Part shown: piece by piece, positions 45,082-54,656 of the stretch
Layout: every line of letters starts with the position of its first letter
Numbering within the stretch: position 1 is the stretch's first letter
IMG/VR virus record: IMGVR_UViG_3300045747_000527
Coordinates: 64,001-128,000 of that record
From: a virus
Direction: 5' to 3' (one strand)
DNA length: 64,000 bases
Position numbers and translations under genes: made by a program
The notes under the pieces: model-generated
Told to the model about the DNA's origin: nothing
Databases searched by the model: none
What the model saw: the letters and a program-made list of their open reading frames with translations, nothing else

Positions 45082-48000
45082 CTATCCGTTTGAACGCTGG
45101 TAAATGACCATCGTTGCGCTCTGGTAAGATCCCGTCCCAGCATTTATTGCGCACGATCCTGACGTGGCAGACGCCATGACGAGGGACACTGTGTAAGTTG
45201 CAGGCGTTGAAAGGTAGTAGGCCGTGATACCGCCCGAGATGGGGCCGTTGGTTCCTGGCACTCGCATCTGAGCGTAGCCTCCGCTGACGCCCGCGTGTCC
45301 ACCTCCTACGTATAACATGAGCACGCAGTCATTCCCCGACACGCTCCCAACACCTGATACGGATGCCGTGATGAAGATGTCGCCAAGACTAAGGTCGATG
45401 TTCGCAACGCTGATAATTGCCGTGAATCCGCTGCCAGCAGAGACGGAATAGTTGTTTATGAGATCGGCTTTGTAGGCATACTTGGTGCGAACTTCTGCTA
45501 TTGAGACTGCTCCAATCTCATTAGACGTCACCGAGGCGCATCCCGTTGCCTGGCCGTTAACGAAGGTGGGCTTGGTGCAAGTGTTGCTTAAACCGTTTGG
45601 CGCAAGGGGGGTGTACCCAAGTGGCGTTGTTATGTCGGTGCTCACAAGTGCATGGGTGGCATAGACGAGGCCGTTTTGAACATCAACTCCGTGCGCATTC
45701 GATGCGGTGAATGTGCTGGTCCCCGTGGCGGTGCTAGTGTTGACACTGACCCACTTTTTGACACCGCTCGTCCCGTCGGTGCTTAGGACCTGGCCAGCAA
45801 CGCCGTTGTCAGAAGGCAGCCGGAAGTCCATAGAAGACGCGGAAAACGTGTAGATGTCACCCGGCTGAACGGCTCCGTATAGCTTGCCTGCGGATGATGT
45901 CATTGCAGCCCAAGCGCGGTTGGTTGTGATCATTGCCGGGACGAATCCACCGACGCCGCCTCTTTGGATGTAAATGCCTCCCGTTGACCCAGCAATTTCT
46001 GCGTACACATCATTACCTATTGCTGCCATTGCCGCCCAGCTACCGGAGGTTCCAGCCAATATATTGAAAGCACCTGTTCCATTTGCCTGTACGTAGATAG
46101 ATCCAGTCGTCATGTTGGTAGCGTACACGCCGCTTGGCGAGGCCGTCATAACTCCCCAGCCTCCAGTCGCCTGACTGAGAGCTACGAAGTTCCCGGTTCC
46201 GCCTGTCTGCATGTAGATGTCGGGGCCTGTTCCAGACGCCGACGCATACACGTTGTTTCCGAATGCTGCCATGCCTCGCCAAACCCGCGAGGTCTGGCCG
46301 AGCGCCACGAAATTTCCGGTCCCGTTGGTCTGCATGTAGATGTCGCCGTTGGCGACTGTCGCATAGACGTTATTGCCCAAGGTGGTCATCGCAGTCCAAC
46401 CACGCGAGGTCTGCCCGAGAGCTACGAAATTTCCCGTCCCGCCAGTCTGCATGTAGATATCGCCGGGACCAACAGCCGCGTAAACATTGGTCCCGAGAGT
46501 GGTCATTGCTGCCCAGTTGCGCGAGGTCTGGCCCAGCCCCGTTGCAGCAAACCCCGGAAGCAAAGTCGTCTGCGTAGTTCCCAGCCCGCCCGTCATCCCC
46601 ACGCTCGGCATAGCCGGGCCGCTCGTCGCGTTGTCGGTGATGGTCGAGTCAACAAGCGTACTGGCGCCCTTCTTCGGCACCACACCCGTGGTCAGGGATG
46701 CAGAAGGATCAGCCGCGATGTCTGCCCACGTCCCCTGCCCACCTCCACTTGGGTAGACGATGGTCTGGCCTGCGCCGGGCGCTGTCGATGGGTCGAGCAG
46801 CGAGTAACTTGCGGTTGTGGCGGCGACGCCGCGTGTGACGGTGCCGGAGGTGGCGCCGTTGAGCTTGAGAGAACCCCCATATGCACCCGTCGTCCCGACT
46901 TCTAGACCGCCTCCAATAGATAGAACACTGCTTCCCAATGACATATCCGTGTGCATGCCCGTGTACATGCCGGAGTGGTACGTCTTAAAGTCAAGCGCGG
47001 TGTTGGCCCCTCCCGCCGTCCTTGCTTCAATCCTAACAGCATCATTTGTGTAGAATGGATTGTTGTTCAGCCCGAACTGAATACGCGACGTTTCTGATAA
47101 ACCCGATAACTCCCCCGACGATTCAATCAGCATAACTTTCGACCCAAGTCCACCTATGTGTATTGATGCCTGTGGGGAAGGGGTATCAACCCCAATTCCA
47201 GAACCTCCGGCGTACACCTGCGAATCCCCCCACCCTCCCGCCGTCTTCTTGGGCATGTAGTTGGTGGTTCCGGTAATGGTTCCGCTTCCCGCCACCGCCC
47301 CCGTAATGCGCGAATCATCCCCCGCCGCAACAGTCCCCGCCGTAGTCCCGACGGGCAGCCAGCCCACGTCCACCCTATGATCGGTCTTGGCCTGGACGAT
47401 TGCGCTCGCCGTGGGCGTGGCGGTGATGTTCGACGCTGAGACGGCGCCAGACATCGAGACACTGTTGTCGGGATTGAGCACGAGTTGGTTTGAGTTAGCG
47501 CCCGACGATGAGTAGGTGTACAGAGTCATCTTTGACGGGACAAACGTGGCCCCAGATGTCCCGGACTGATCCACTTCAATGCCTGCGCCACCGCCCCATC
47601 CGTTCGAAGAATTGACGCCTTGAAATAGCATCAACCCTAAGATCTCTCCGTTCCCGGTCGCGGACATGCCACCAAGTGTTCCGCTGTGGGAATGCCTGAA
47701 CCGAAATTGCGGATACTGGAAAGACGTGCTGCTGTAGGTTTCTAGTGCTACGTATTGATTGCCAAGATATTGGCGAGAGAGCGTGGCCCCGGATTCCAAC
47801 AGCGATGACGGCCCCAGCGTGGAGTTGGTCAGCCATACCGGGATGTACCCGGTGAGTCCTGTGATGCTTCCAATTGGCGCATAGGTCCCGCTCAAGTCCG
47901 GCACGACCGCCACGTTGATCTTGCCGTCGGTTCCAGTCACCGGGACAATGCCCGTGCCGGTCCCAGTGCTGCCGATGTCGGTCGTCGATACCGTAACTGT

Positions 48001-48210
48001 CCCGTCCGCCGTGAGCACCTTCGTCGCATTCGGGAACACAATGGTGGTGTCCCGCTGCTGCGACTGAAGTAGCTTGTGGTCGTTAGCGCAGGTCACGGCA
48101 GGAACACTGACGCGCGGGCAATCAGCGGCCATCGCGAGCGGGCCGACGATGACGCCGGCAAGCGCGAAGGCAATCAGAATGTGGGTGGCTATGGTTCTCA
48201 TTGTTCTCAT
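45082..48210 (-). CDS. Fibre/adhesin-like protein with N-terminal signal peptide and six-repeat beta-propeller
   Basis: ILIAFALAGVIVGPLAMA-AD; fibre motifs GTTAGTVAAGDDSRITGA, GIGVDTPSPQASIHIG, LPSDNGVAGQVLSTDG; about 39-aa repeats. Confidence 0.8.
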   Translation of the reverse strand: MRTMRTIATHILIAFALAGVIVGPLAMAADCPRVSVPAVTCANDHKLLQSQQRDTTIVFPNATKVLTADGTVTVSTTDIGSTGTGTGIVPVTGTDGKINVAVVPDLSGTYAPIGSITGLTGYIPVWLTNSTLGPSSLLESGATLSRQYLGNQYVALETYSSTSFQYPQFRFRHSHSGTLGGMSATGNGEILGLMLFQGVNSSNGWGGGAGIEVDQSGTSGATFVPSKMTLYTYSSSGANSNQLVLNPDNSVSMSGAVSASNITATPTASAIVQAKTDHRVDVGWLPVGTTAGTVAAGDDSRITGAVAGSGTITGTTNYMPKKTAGGWGDSQVYAGGSGIGVDTPSPQASIHIGGLGSKVMLIESSGELSGLSETSRIQFGLNNNPFYTNDAVRIEARTAGGANTALDFKTYHSGMYTGMHTDMSLGSSVLSIGGGLEVGTTGAYGGSLKLNGATSGTVTRGVAATTASYSLLDPSTAPGAGQTIVYPSGGGQGTWADIAADPSASLTTGVVPKKGASTLVDSTITDNATSGPAMPSVGMTGGLGTTQTTLLPGFAATGLGQTSRNWAAMTTLGTNVYAAVGPGDIYMQTGGTGNFVALGQTSRGWTAMTTLGNNVYATVANGDIYMQTNGTGNFVALGQTSRVWRGMAAFGNNVYASASGTGPDIYMQTGGTGNFVALSQATGGWGVMTASPSGVYATNMTTGSIYVQANGTGAFNILAGTSGSWAAMAAIGNDVYAEIAGSTGGIYIQRGGVGGFVPAMITTNRAWAAMTSSAGKLYGAVQPGDIYTFSASSMDFRLPSDNGVAGQVLSTDGTSGVKKWVSVNTSTATGTSTFTASNAHGVDVQNGLVYATHALVSTDITTPLGYTPLAPNGLSNTCTKPTFVNGQATGCASVTSNEIGAVSIAEVRTKYAYKADLINNYSVSAGSGFTAIISVANIDLSLGDIFITASVSGVGSVSGNDCVLMLYVGGGHAGVSGGYAQMRVPGTNGPISGGITAYYLSTPATYTVSLVMASATSGSCAINAGTGSYQSATMVIYQRSNG
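45842..46536 (-). repeat. Six ~39-41-aa repeats (LGQTSRxWxAMTTLGNNVYAxVxxGDIYMQTGGTGNFVA)
   Basis: First three copies are near-identical, last three diverged; the pattern fits beta-propeller blades. Confidence 0.88.
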
Positions 48211-48236
48211 TGTTCTTCAGTCCTCGGTGGTGATTG

Positions 48237-49301
48237 CTAGATACCCATCGTTGCGCGCATGTCGGCAAGCCAGTCCGTGATCTCCCCGATGCTAGTATCG
48301 TGCGCCGGGTCCGGGCCGCTGGTGTCGTCTGTCTTGCAGTACAGCCGCGCCGTGCTGTCGCAGGCTGCGATATTTTGCTGCAAACCTGTCATCCAATCGT
48401 TGTAGCGGACCCAGTCCACACCGGGAAAGGTGGCGTCTGTCAACCCGTTGCAAATCATGGTTCGACGATTGGGAACGCTCGCACACAGTTGGAAAATGTT
48501 CCCATAGTCTCCCGATATTCCGTGCCGATAAAGGGGCTGCGCTCGATACTGCTCCCAATCGGTAGCCCCGATCCATTCATTGGAACTTGGAGGGTTTGGT
48601 CGCACGTAGCGGGGTAGCTGACCCTGAAATGGAGCCACGTGCAGATAGCGGGCGTCAATGATCCCAAGCTGAGCGCAGGTAAGACCGCCGCCCGAGTGAC
48701 CAGACAGGACAAACCGCATCGTGGAATAGTCCGCGTGCATCTGATTAACGCCTCGAATGATGTGGTCAAAGAACATTCGCATGGAGCAGGGGCCGCCGTC
48801 GGCGTCAAGGGCGCTGAAATTGTGATTGTTGGGAAGCGCGAACGTGGTCAGGACGGAGTTGACCACTACCTGCTGCGTCGCTGGCTGCTGTCCAGAGCCT
48901 GGCATATCATAGACAAGAACGTCGCAGCCAGCAGCCAAGGCCACGCGGATAGGAGACGACCCGTCCGTTGCTAGGTGAGTGACGGACCACCCGTCCCCCA
49001 CCGATTCGTGGCCAGTCAGATACACGCTGCACACGTTGACCGGAGTCGCATTGGGGCGCATGTGCCACCCGTAGAGCGGAGTTCCCCCAGTGCGGCCACC
49101 TGGGTCCGACACAGTGAATAGCCGCATACTCGCCGCCTCGGCTGGCAAAGCAATTGCCCCACTGTACGCCGCTACCGAGCTTGGCATCGTAGCCGGAAGT
49201 CCCGACGGGTAAATGTATGTCGAGAATTGCGCCCGCAACGCGGCCCACCCTGCTGGTGTTGATGGGTAGCCGCGCTGCCATTGAGAGACGATGGGTAGCA
49301 T
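48237..49301 (-). CDS. Alpha/beta-hydrolase (esterase-like)
   Basis: VYLTGH, YDMPGSG, nucleophile elbow LSGHSGGG, C-terminal D and H candidates (TDATF, PAHD); TAATG overlap with the upstream fibre gene. Confidence 0.78.
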   Translation of the reverse strand: MLPIVSQWQRGYPSTPAGWAALRAQFSTYIYPSGLPATMPSSVAAYSGAIALPAEAASMRLFTVSDPGGRTGGTPLYGWHMRPNATPVNVCSVYLTGHESVGDGWSVTHLATDGSSPIRVALAAGCDVLVYDMPGSGQQPATQQVVVNSVLTTFALPNNHNFSALDADGGPCSMRMFFDHIIRGVNQMHADYSTMRFVLSGHSGGGLTCAQLGIIDARYLHVAPFQGQLPRYVRPNPPSSNEWIGATDWEQYRAQPLYRHGISGDYGNIFQLCASVPNRRTMICNGLTDATFPGVDWVRYNDWMTGLQQNIAACDSTARLYCKTDDTSGPDPAHDTSIGEITDWLADMRATMGI

Positions 49302-50668
49302 TAGAACCGCTTTACCGCCCAGAATAAGTCATCAATTGTCATAACAACAGGCGCCGAGATCACTATCATTGGGTCTAGCTGGTACCCCCCGACTCCAGCT
49401 GAGTCGGTAAACGGTCCAATCCACGCGCCGAAGTCTAGCGACGCGCGCCAAGTCCCATTGCCCAAGAATTCCACCGCGAACCAGTGGTAGTCAGTATCGC
49501 GTGCGCCTAGCTCATGCAAATCCCCGCTAACGGGATTCCCTCCTGTGGGATTGAAGCCGCCTCCGAATGCGTAAAATTTATTAGGGTCTGCTGCTCCAGC
49601 ATTCCAGATCCCGATGCTAACCGATGACTGAACCCACGAAACCAAGCGACCAGCCGCAGAAAACTTGATCCGCTCTACCCACAGGATTCGGTCGTTTGGT
49701 GCCCACTGCGAAGGGCCTTTGATTCCACTCGTAATCCAATAGTTGAGCGCATCCGCTCCTGTCATTTTGACCGCCGACACAGACGTCGTGTCCTGCATCG
49801 GCCCGTTAAGGCCGCTGGAAATTTGCCCATAGTTAGGGTAATGCCCAGAAGTGGGCCACCCCGCGATAGGTGGATTGGCGTCAAACCCCACAGTGAAGCT
49901 CTTCGCGTCGAATGGATCGTAAAAAATGTCATAGTTTGCAGGCGTCCCGCCCAAGTCCTGGCAGGCCATCGCGGTCAGTTGATCCTTGAGCGACATAGGC
50001 GCCGACGACGTGATCAGATTGCCGACCTTGGCCGAATAGACAGCGCCGACGCTGGTGTCAACGTAGGGGCACCCGAGAAATACGGAAATTGCCAGCGGAC
50101 TCGGCACCGTCGATGTTGCCCTGCCAGCCGTAGCGCTCAGGTAGCATGGAACATTGAGTGTCGGCGCTGCGACGAAATTGAGCTTGGCCGAGTTGCCTGA
50201 TAGCGGGTTAACTGCCGCACCGTCGTATACGCCAAGTGGGCCAGCGCAGTTCGTTGCCGAGTCTGAAGCGGCAGGCGCCCACACCCCGGCAGACACGCGA
50301 CGGACCACGTCGCCAGCAACGGCTGCGCCCACGCTGGTCAACGTCTCATCGTAGACGAAGCGCGAACGGTCAAGAGCGGTCATCGCCCCCGGCGCGTTGG
50401 GGGTGGCGGGCCTGTACTCGCTCGCCTTGTGGAGCCCGTCAGCGTCTAGCGATGACACTCCATTGGCGGCTCCCCTATGCGAGGCAGGAATTGCAGTTGT
50501 GTCTACTTCATACGGAAGAGACGACCATGGTGTAGTCCCATCGCCCGCCTTGGACGTGGCCGTGTCTATTTCCAGGCCCAGCTCCCCCGCCAGCAGCACG
50601 GGATTCGCTGCGGTCCAATTCGCAGCCGTATCTCGGCGCAGTTGTACTTTCGCTATTTTCGTCGCCAT
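49301..50668 (-). CDS. Fibre protein with Mtd_N-type module and C-terminal beta-sandwich
   Basis: QLRRDTAANWTAANPVLLAGELGLEIDT...KAGDGTTPWSSLPY; GGAGG SD. Confidence 0.78.
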   Translation of the reverse strand: MATKIAKVQLRRDTAANWTAANPVLLAGELGLEIDTATSKAGDGTTPWSSLPYEVDTTAIPASHRGAANGVSSLDADGLHKASEYRPATPNAPGAMTALDRSRFVYDETLTSVGAAVAGDVVRRVSAGVWAPAASDSATNCAGPLGVYDGAAVNPLSGNSAKLNFVAAPTLNVPCYLSATAGRATSTVPSPLAISVFLGCPYVDTSVGAVYSAKVGNLITSSAPMSLKDQLTAMACQDLGGTPANYDIFYDPFDAKSFTVGFDANPPIAGWPTSGHYPNYGQISSGLNGPMQDTTSVSAVKMTGADALNYWITSGIKGPSQWAPNDRILWVERIKFSAAGRLVSWVQSSVSIGIWNAGAADPNKFYAFGGGFNPTGGNPVSGDLHELGARDTDYHWFAVEFLGNGTWRASLDFGAWIGPFTDSAGVGGYQLDPMIVISAPVVMTIDDLFWAVKRF

Positions 50669-50727
50669 CTACGAATGTCCTCCGTCAAGTAAAGAACCTG
50701 AGCTACACGTGACCGCATAAATTTCTC

Positions 50728-52161
50728 CTAGGGAACGACTGTATAGGATTGGTAACTTCTGAGGTGCCATCGTCCTTCGGCCAAATTCAGCCAGAAGCAC
50801 AACTCAGTAGGGCCATCGAATTCCATGACCGCGGCGACTCCCGCAGCAGCCGGAAGGGCCAGGGGCAGGTATGGAGAGCCGGCGGGCGGCGTGGACCCGT
50901 CGCGCACGATGACGGGATTCGCTGGCGTAGCGTTGTTGATGTAGACCCAGGCTTCCTTGCGATCTGCCACGGGCGTCCCGTCTTGCCATAGCTTGCTGAT
51001 GCCGTTGAAGTCGCCCGTGGCCGTCCAGTTGATGTGGTCCGTGTGCCCGTGCTCCGCAACTATGAGCCACAGCCATCCCGCGCCCATGCTGGTAGAGCAG
51101 TTTGGTCGGACGTAGCCGCTCCCGCCGAACACGAGGTCGAGCCGAAGCGACGTCGGGTCCACAGTAGGGACAATCGACCCGTCACTCGACTGCACGGCGT
51201 CCCGCAGGTACCACCGTGGAGAGTCGCTCTCGGTCATAACCTTGCCATCGTCGGCGGGAGCCACAACGGTTCCGCCTGCCGGGACCAGCAACGGGGTGTT
51301 AATGCTACTCGGGTGATCTGTGCCGACGGCCACGAGTAGAACAGCGCCGGTTGACGATGTCGCAGTCAGTACTACACTAATGACGTCGAAGATACCGAAG
51401 AGGCCGCCAGCCGATTCTGCGACTGCAACGTCGGCTCTAAACAACGTCCACGTAGACGACGTCACGGTCGCCACGGCCACGTTCATCGCCAAAGGGACCA
51501 CGGTACCACCTGTATCTTTACGCCCGAGGTCCGCCGTGATCGTCGCCGTGCCGCTCGTGACCCTCGCCCAGATGCGCATTCGCCACGTTCGCGCACGCCA
51601 CACGACAACGCCAGGGTCTCCGACGTGACTGTCGAAGGTTGCAATCGGCGAACTGACGCTGGAGCCGGGGACGACGTAGAGGCTCGTGGTGACGACCTCG
51701 TCGGGGCGCCATCCGTCGGGGTTGCGCTCAAGAGATGTAGGCTTGGCGGGTGGATCAAAGAACAGCGTCTCGACCTTGGTCTGGTTGGCGCCTCCGTCGG
51801 ACCCTACGTGAACAACAGGACCGGAGTTAGCGCTCTCGCACACAACAACAAAAAACATACGGTCAGACATTGGCCCGGTTCGCGCCCGCACGGGCACAGC
51901 GAACGCGTACAACACCCATGAATTAGTCAGGATGACAGGCACGACCTCTGAAGGCGGCGCCGCGTCTGTCCCTGTATCGTAGACATTGTCGCCCTGCTGC
52001 TGTCCAGCGTTCTGAGCGCGGTACAACCGGGGCCACATTAGGCATGCCTCTGCCCCGTCCTTTTTTGCGTACACGTAAACTGGCACAGTTCCAGCCGGCC
52101 ATGTTGCAAGGCTCGACGCCTCGGGCGGTCCCTCGAACACGAATGTGGTTTGTGCGGCCAT
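50728..52161 (-). CDS. Tail fibre-associated hypothetical protein
   Basis: 477 aa beta-rich ORF sharing a module with the flanking fibre genes. Confidence 0.6.
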   Translation of the reverse strand: MAAQTTFVFEGPPEASSLATWPAGTVPVYVYAKKDGAEACLMWPRLYRAQNAGQQQGDNVYDTGTDAAPPSEVVPVILTNSWVLYAFAVPVRARTGPMSDRMFFVVVCESANSGPVVHVGSDGGANQTKVETLFFDPPAKPTSLERNPDGWRPDEVVTTSLYVVPGSSVSSPIATFDSHVGDPGVVVWRARTWRMRIWARVTSGTATITADLGRKDTGGTVVPLAMNVAVATVTSSTWTLFRADVAVAESAGGLFGIFDVISVVLTATSSTGAVLLVAVGTDHPSSINTPLLVPAGGTVVAPADDGKVMTESDSPRWYLRDAVQSSDGSIVPTVDPTSLRLDLVFGGSGYVRPNCSTSMGAGWLWLIVAEHGHTDHINWTATGDFNGISKLWQDGTPVADRKEAWVYINNATPANPVIVRDGSTPPAGSPYLPLALPAAAGVAAVMEFDGPTELCFWLNLAEGRWHLRSYQSYTVVP

Positions 52162-52173
52162 TAGGTGCGTGCC

Positions 52174-54117
52174 TCAGACAACGTAACGACTACCAGCTAT
52201 GACAGTACGTGATATGTCGAATGCGCCTGGCGCAGACGTCGCCAACTCAGGATCTCCTGGTGAGCCAAATACAGCCGTCGCGTAATAGACAACCGGGACA
52301 GCAGCAGTTGCGCCGACGAAATAAAGGTCACCGCCCACCACATCTTTATCGGGGTGTACGTGACGCTTGGCCGTGGCCTCCCCGCTGGACGTATCGCCGT
52401 GGTCGGCGATGCCGTCTTCGAGGGGAAGTTCAGTACTGAGAGTTACCCCCGCGGGAATCGACACCACCAACCGGTCTAATGTCTCTAGCGCCTTCTGTAC
52501 GTCAGTATCCGCGCCACTGAGGTTCCTAGAGAAACGCGCAGCAGCTAGACTGACCGAATACCCATCATGTTGATCTGGTGTAAACCTTTCCGCCAAATCT
52601 GGATGCCGCATGGACCCAGGCACAGGGGTATCCAGCGGTGTCTCAATCCTAGACGAGTGTGGACCATCGTTCAGCATCAAATGAGCACTGACGATGTGCG
52701 TACTCGTAGTACTGGCTTCGTTGTAGACGTATAGGCGGTCTGTTGGGGACAGTACAATCTCAGGAGAGTCGAGGGTGACTTCCTTGATATTGTACTCGGT
52801 AGTACGTATAGGAGTTGTCCGCACGTAGAAGAGGGGAGTCCTGGTACCAGACTCGTTCTCTTTCCCGAGGATCACCCGAATAGTTGTGTCCCCGGCTAAG
52901 TCTAGCACCCGACAGAGGAGCCTAAACGTCCACTTACCCGCAGGAATGGAGCCCACTTTCGGAGTACCCAACAAGGTGTCCAGATACGCGACAGCAAAGA
53001 AAGCGGAGTCAGTGCCCGCAACTGGTGTGGCCGCAACTTCGTAAATAGAAGGCGACGCCTGGTAGACCTGAGCCGCAGTAAGAAGACGCCACTGGTCCCC
53101 GACTGGTGTGTACGTGTCCAGCACATCCCAGTCTAGGGGCGTATCCCCAAGAGTAACTGCGCCTGTCGTCGTGTACTGAATGTACTTTCCACCGAACAGA
53201 GTTCCGTTCTGGATGTGGAAGGTCATCCCAGTCAGGAAATCAGACCCCGCAGCGTAGTCAGGATCTCTCCGCAGAATTGCGTTCGTCTCGACCCACATGA
53301 ATGTGTCGAGATACGGCATCCAGTACCCGCCTATGTCCTCAACAATCCACGGACCTGTGTACGCGGACTCCCCACTGCTGAGGCCTCCGACATACGCCAG
53401 TACTCTTTTGCCGAGAAGAGGACTAGCGAGTCCAAGCGCGGGCTCCGGGTCGAACCCGTCAAAATGGGACGCGTCCAACGCACCGGTAAAATTACACCGC
53501 ATTACCCCTGGGGCAACTTCAGTCCACTGTGTCGGGGCATCGAACAGATAAGGGAAACAGCTAGATCCGCCCGTATAGCAGACGAAAATATCGTCCTTAT
53601 TTAGGCGATCCTCTATGAAGGAGTAGAACAGCGTACCCTTCAGCGCCTGGGGGTCTGTGTACGGGTGCTCGTGATCGTCCCAACTTAGTCCTGGGCCCAC
53701 GCCTGGATTACCTGGGCCAAGCGGCCTCGGCATTCTGGAAGAGCCTACAGCGGAGACTCTGACCTTTCGCTCCGCACCTAGTGTCACTATCTGCAGCAGG
53801 ATGTTATTGCCCTGCACAAGCTTCTCGTACAGGGTGCGGAAAAGAGTGTCTCCTGGGGCTGCTTTGATCAGGTGATCGTCCCCGCCGCCACCTGCTCCAT
53901 CCAAGAACGGGGCGATACCTATCGCGACACCCTTCGCTATAGCAGTAGCCAGCTCCTTGGCGATAATCGCAGGCACGATCTCGTGCTCTAGATTGATGCT
54001 AACCGACCCATCCGCGTTCGGCATCACCCGTACAACGTGATTCGCCGGCCCGCTGCCAACAGATTGCTGTTGCAGAGCCTGAACGATATTCTGGGCAATC
54101 TGGTTTGGATCTACCAC
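52174..54117 (-). CDS. Tail/head fibre-type structural protein
   Basis: ILRRDPDY...GMTFHIQNGTLFGGKYIQYTTTGAVTLGDTPLDW resembles a common phage fibre module; AKRHVHP motif. Confidence 0.6.
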   Translation of the reverse strand: MVDPNQIAQNIVQALQQQSVGSGPANHVVRVMPNADGSVSINLEHEIVPAIIAKELATAIAKGVAIGIAPFLDGAGGGGDDHLIKAAPGDTLFRTLYEKLVQGNNILLQIVTLGAERKVRVSAVGSSRMPRPLGPGNPGVGPGLSWDDHEHPYTDPQALKGTLFYSFIEDRLNKDDIFVCYTGGSSCFPYLFDAPTQWTEVAPGVMRCNFTGALDASHFDGFDPEPALGLASPLLGKRVLAYVGGLSSGESAYTGPWIVEDIGGYWMPYLDTFMWVETNAILRRDPDYAAGSDFLTGMTFHIQNGTLFGGKYIQYTTTGAVTLGDTPLDWDVLDTYTPVGDQWRLLTAAQVYQASPSIYEVAATPVAGTDSAFFAVAYLDTLLGTPKVGSIPAGKWTFRLLCRVLDLAGDTTIRVILGKENESGTRTPLFYVRTTPIRTTEYNIKEVTLDSPEIVLSPTDRLYVYNEASTTSTHIVSAHLMLNDGPHSSRIETPLDTPVPGSMRHPDLAERFTPDQHDGYSVSLAAARFSRNLSGADTDVQKALETLDRLVVSIPAGVTLSTELPLEDGIADHGDTSSGEATAKRHVHPDKDVVGGDLYFVGATAAVPVVYYATAVFGSPGDPELATSAPGAFDISRTVIAGSRYVV

Positions 54118-54120
54118 AGC

Positions 54121-54423
54121 CTATTCTCCCGACTTTTCACCCTCAATTTTATCACTTGGCTCAAGTGGCAGCACTTCCATAATCGCCAGCGACTTTGTGG
54201 TTTGTTCTTCCCGTTCCTCTGGCTCCTTCTTGCGCACCAAACCTCTGAGCGCCGCCCAAACGGCCCGCCATCCTTTTGGTGGTTCCGCACGCACGTGGCA
54301 TCTTGCCTGGCATCGGTAGAGGGCACGGTGCATGAGCATGACCTCCAGCGCGACCGAGTTGTTGACGGCCTCAAGCGCGTCTAGACGCATACGTATTGCG
54401 GCCAATTCTTCTATGTCAGTCAC
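54121..54423 (-). CDS. Hypothetical protein
   Basis: 100 aa; GTGA overlap with the upstream gene. Confidence 0.55.
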   Translation of the reverse strand: MTDIEELAAIRMRLDALEAVNNSVALEVMLMHRALYRCQARCHVRAEPPKGWRAVWAALRGLVRKKEPEEREEQTTKSLAIMEVLPLEPSDKIEGEKSGE

Positions 54424-54653
54424 TTTACACCTAGAAAATCTGTGATCTCGTTTACTGTGAGAACACTTGAATCAATGACGTTTTGGTTAGTGAGCCTACC
54501 TGCTCCCGTTCTACCCCGTAAGATCGATTCCAGAAAATCGGCCTCCTGGTTCAACCGGTCTGTCTCCGACTTGGCCCAGGAATTTGTCAGGTCCGCCAGC
54601 TTCTGCAGCCGGGCATCTCGCTCTGCTTTGCGCTTTTCAACTTCCGTAGCCAT
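54420..54653 (-). CDS. Hypothetical helical protein
   Basis: 77 aa; AGGTGA SD. Confidence 0.6.
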   Translation of the reverse strand: MATEVEKRKAERDARLQKLADLTNSWAKSETDRLNQEADFLESILRGRTGAGRLTNQNVIDSSVLTVNEITDFLGVK

Positions 54654-54656
54654 GGG

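Noticed and set aside
9962-50668. Diversity-generating retroelement suggested by two Mtd_N-type genes
   Set aside because: Only the N-terminal module is shared. I saw no reverse transcriptase and no template/variable repeat pair differing at adenines in this window.
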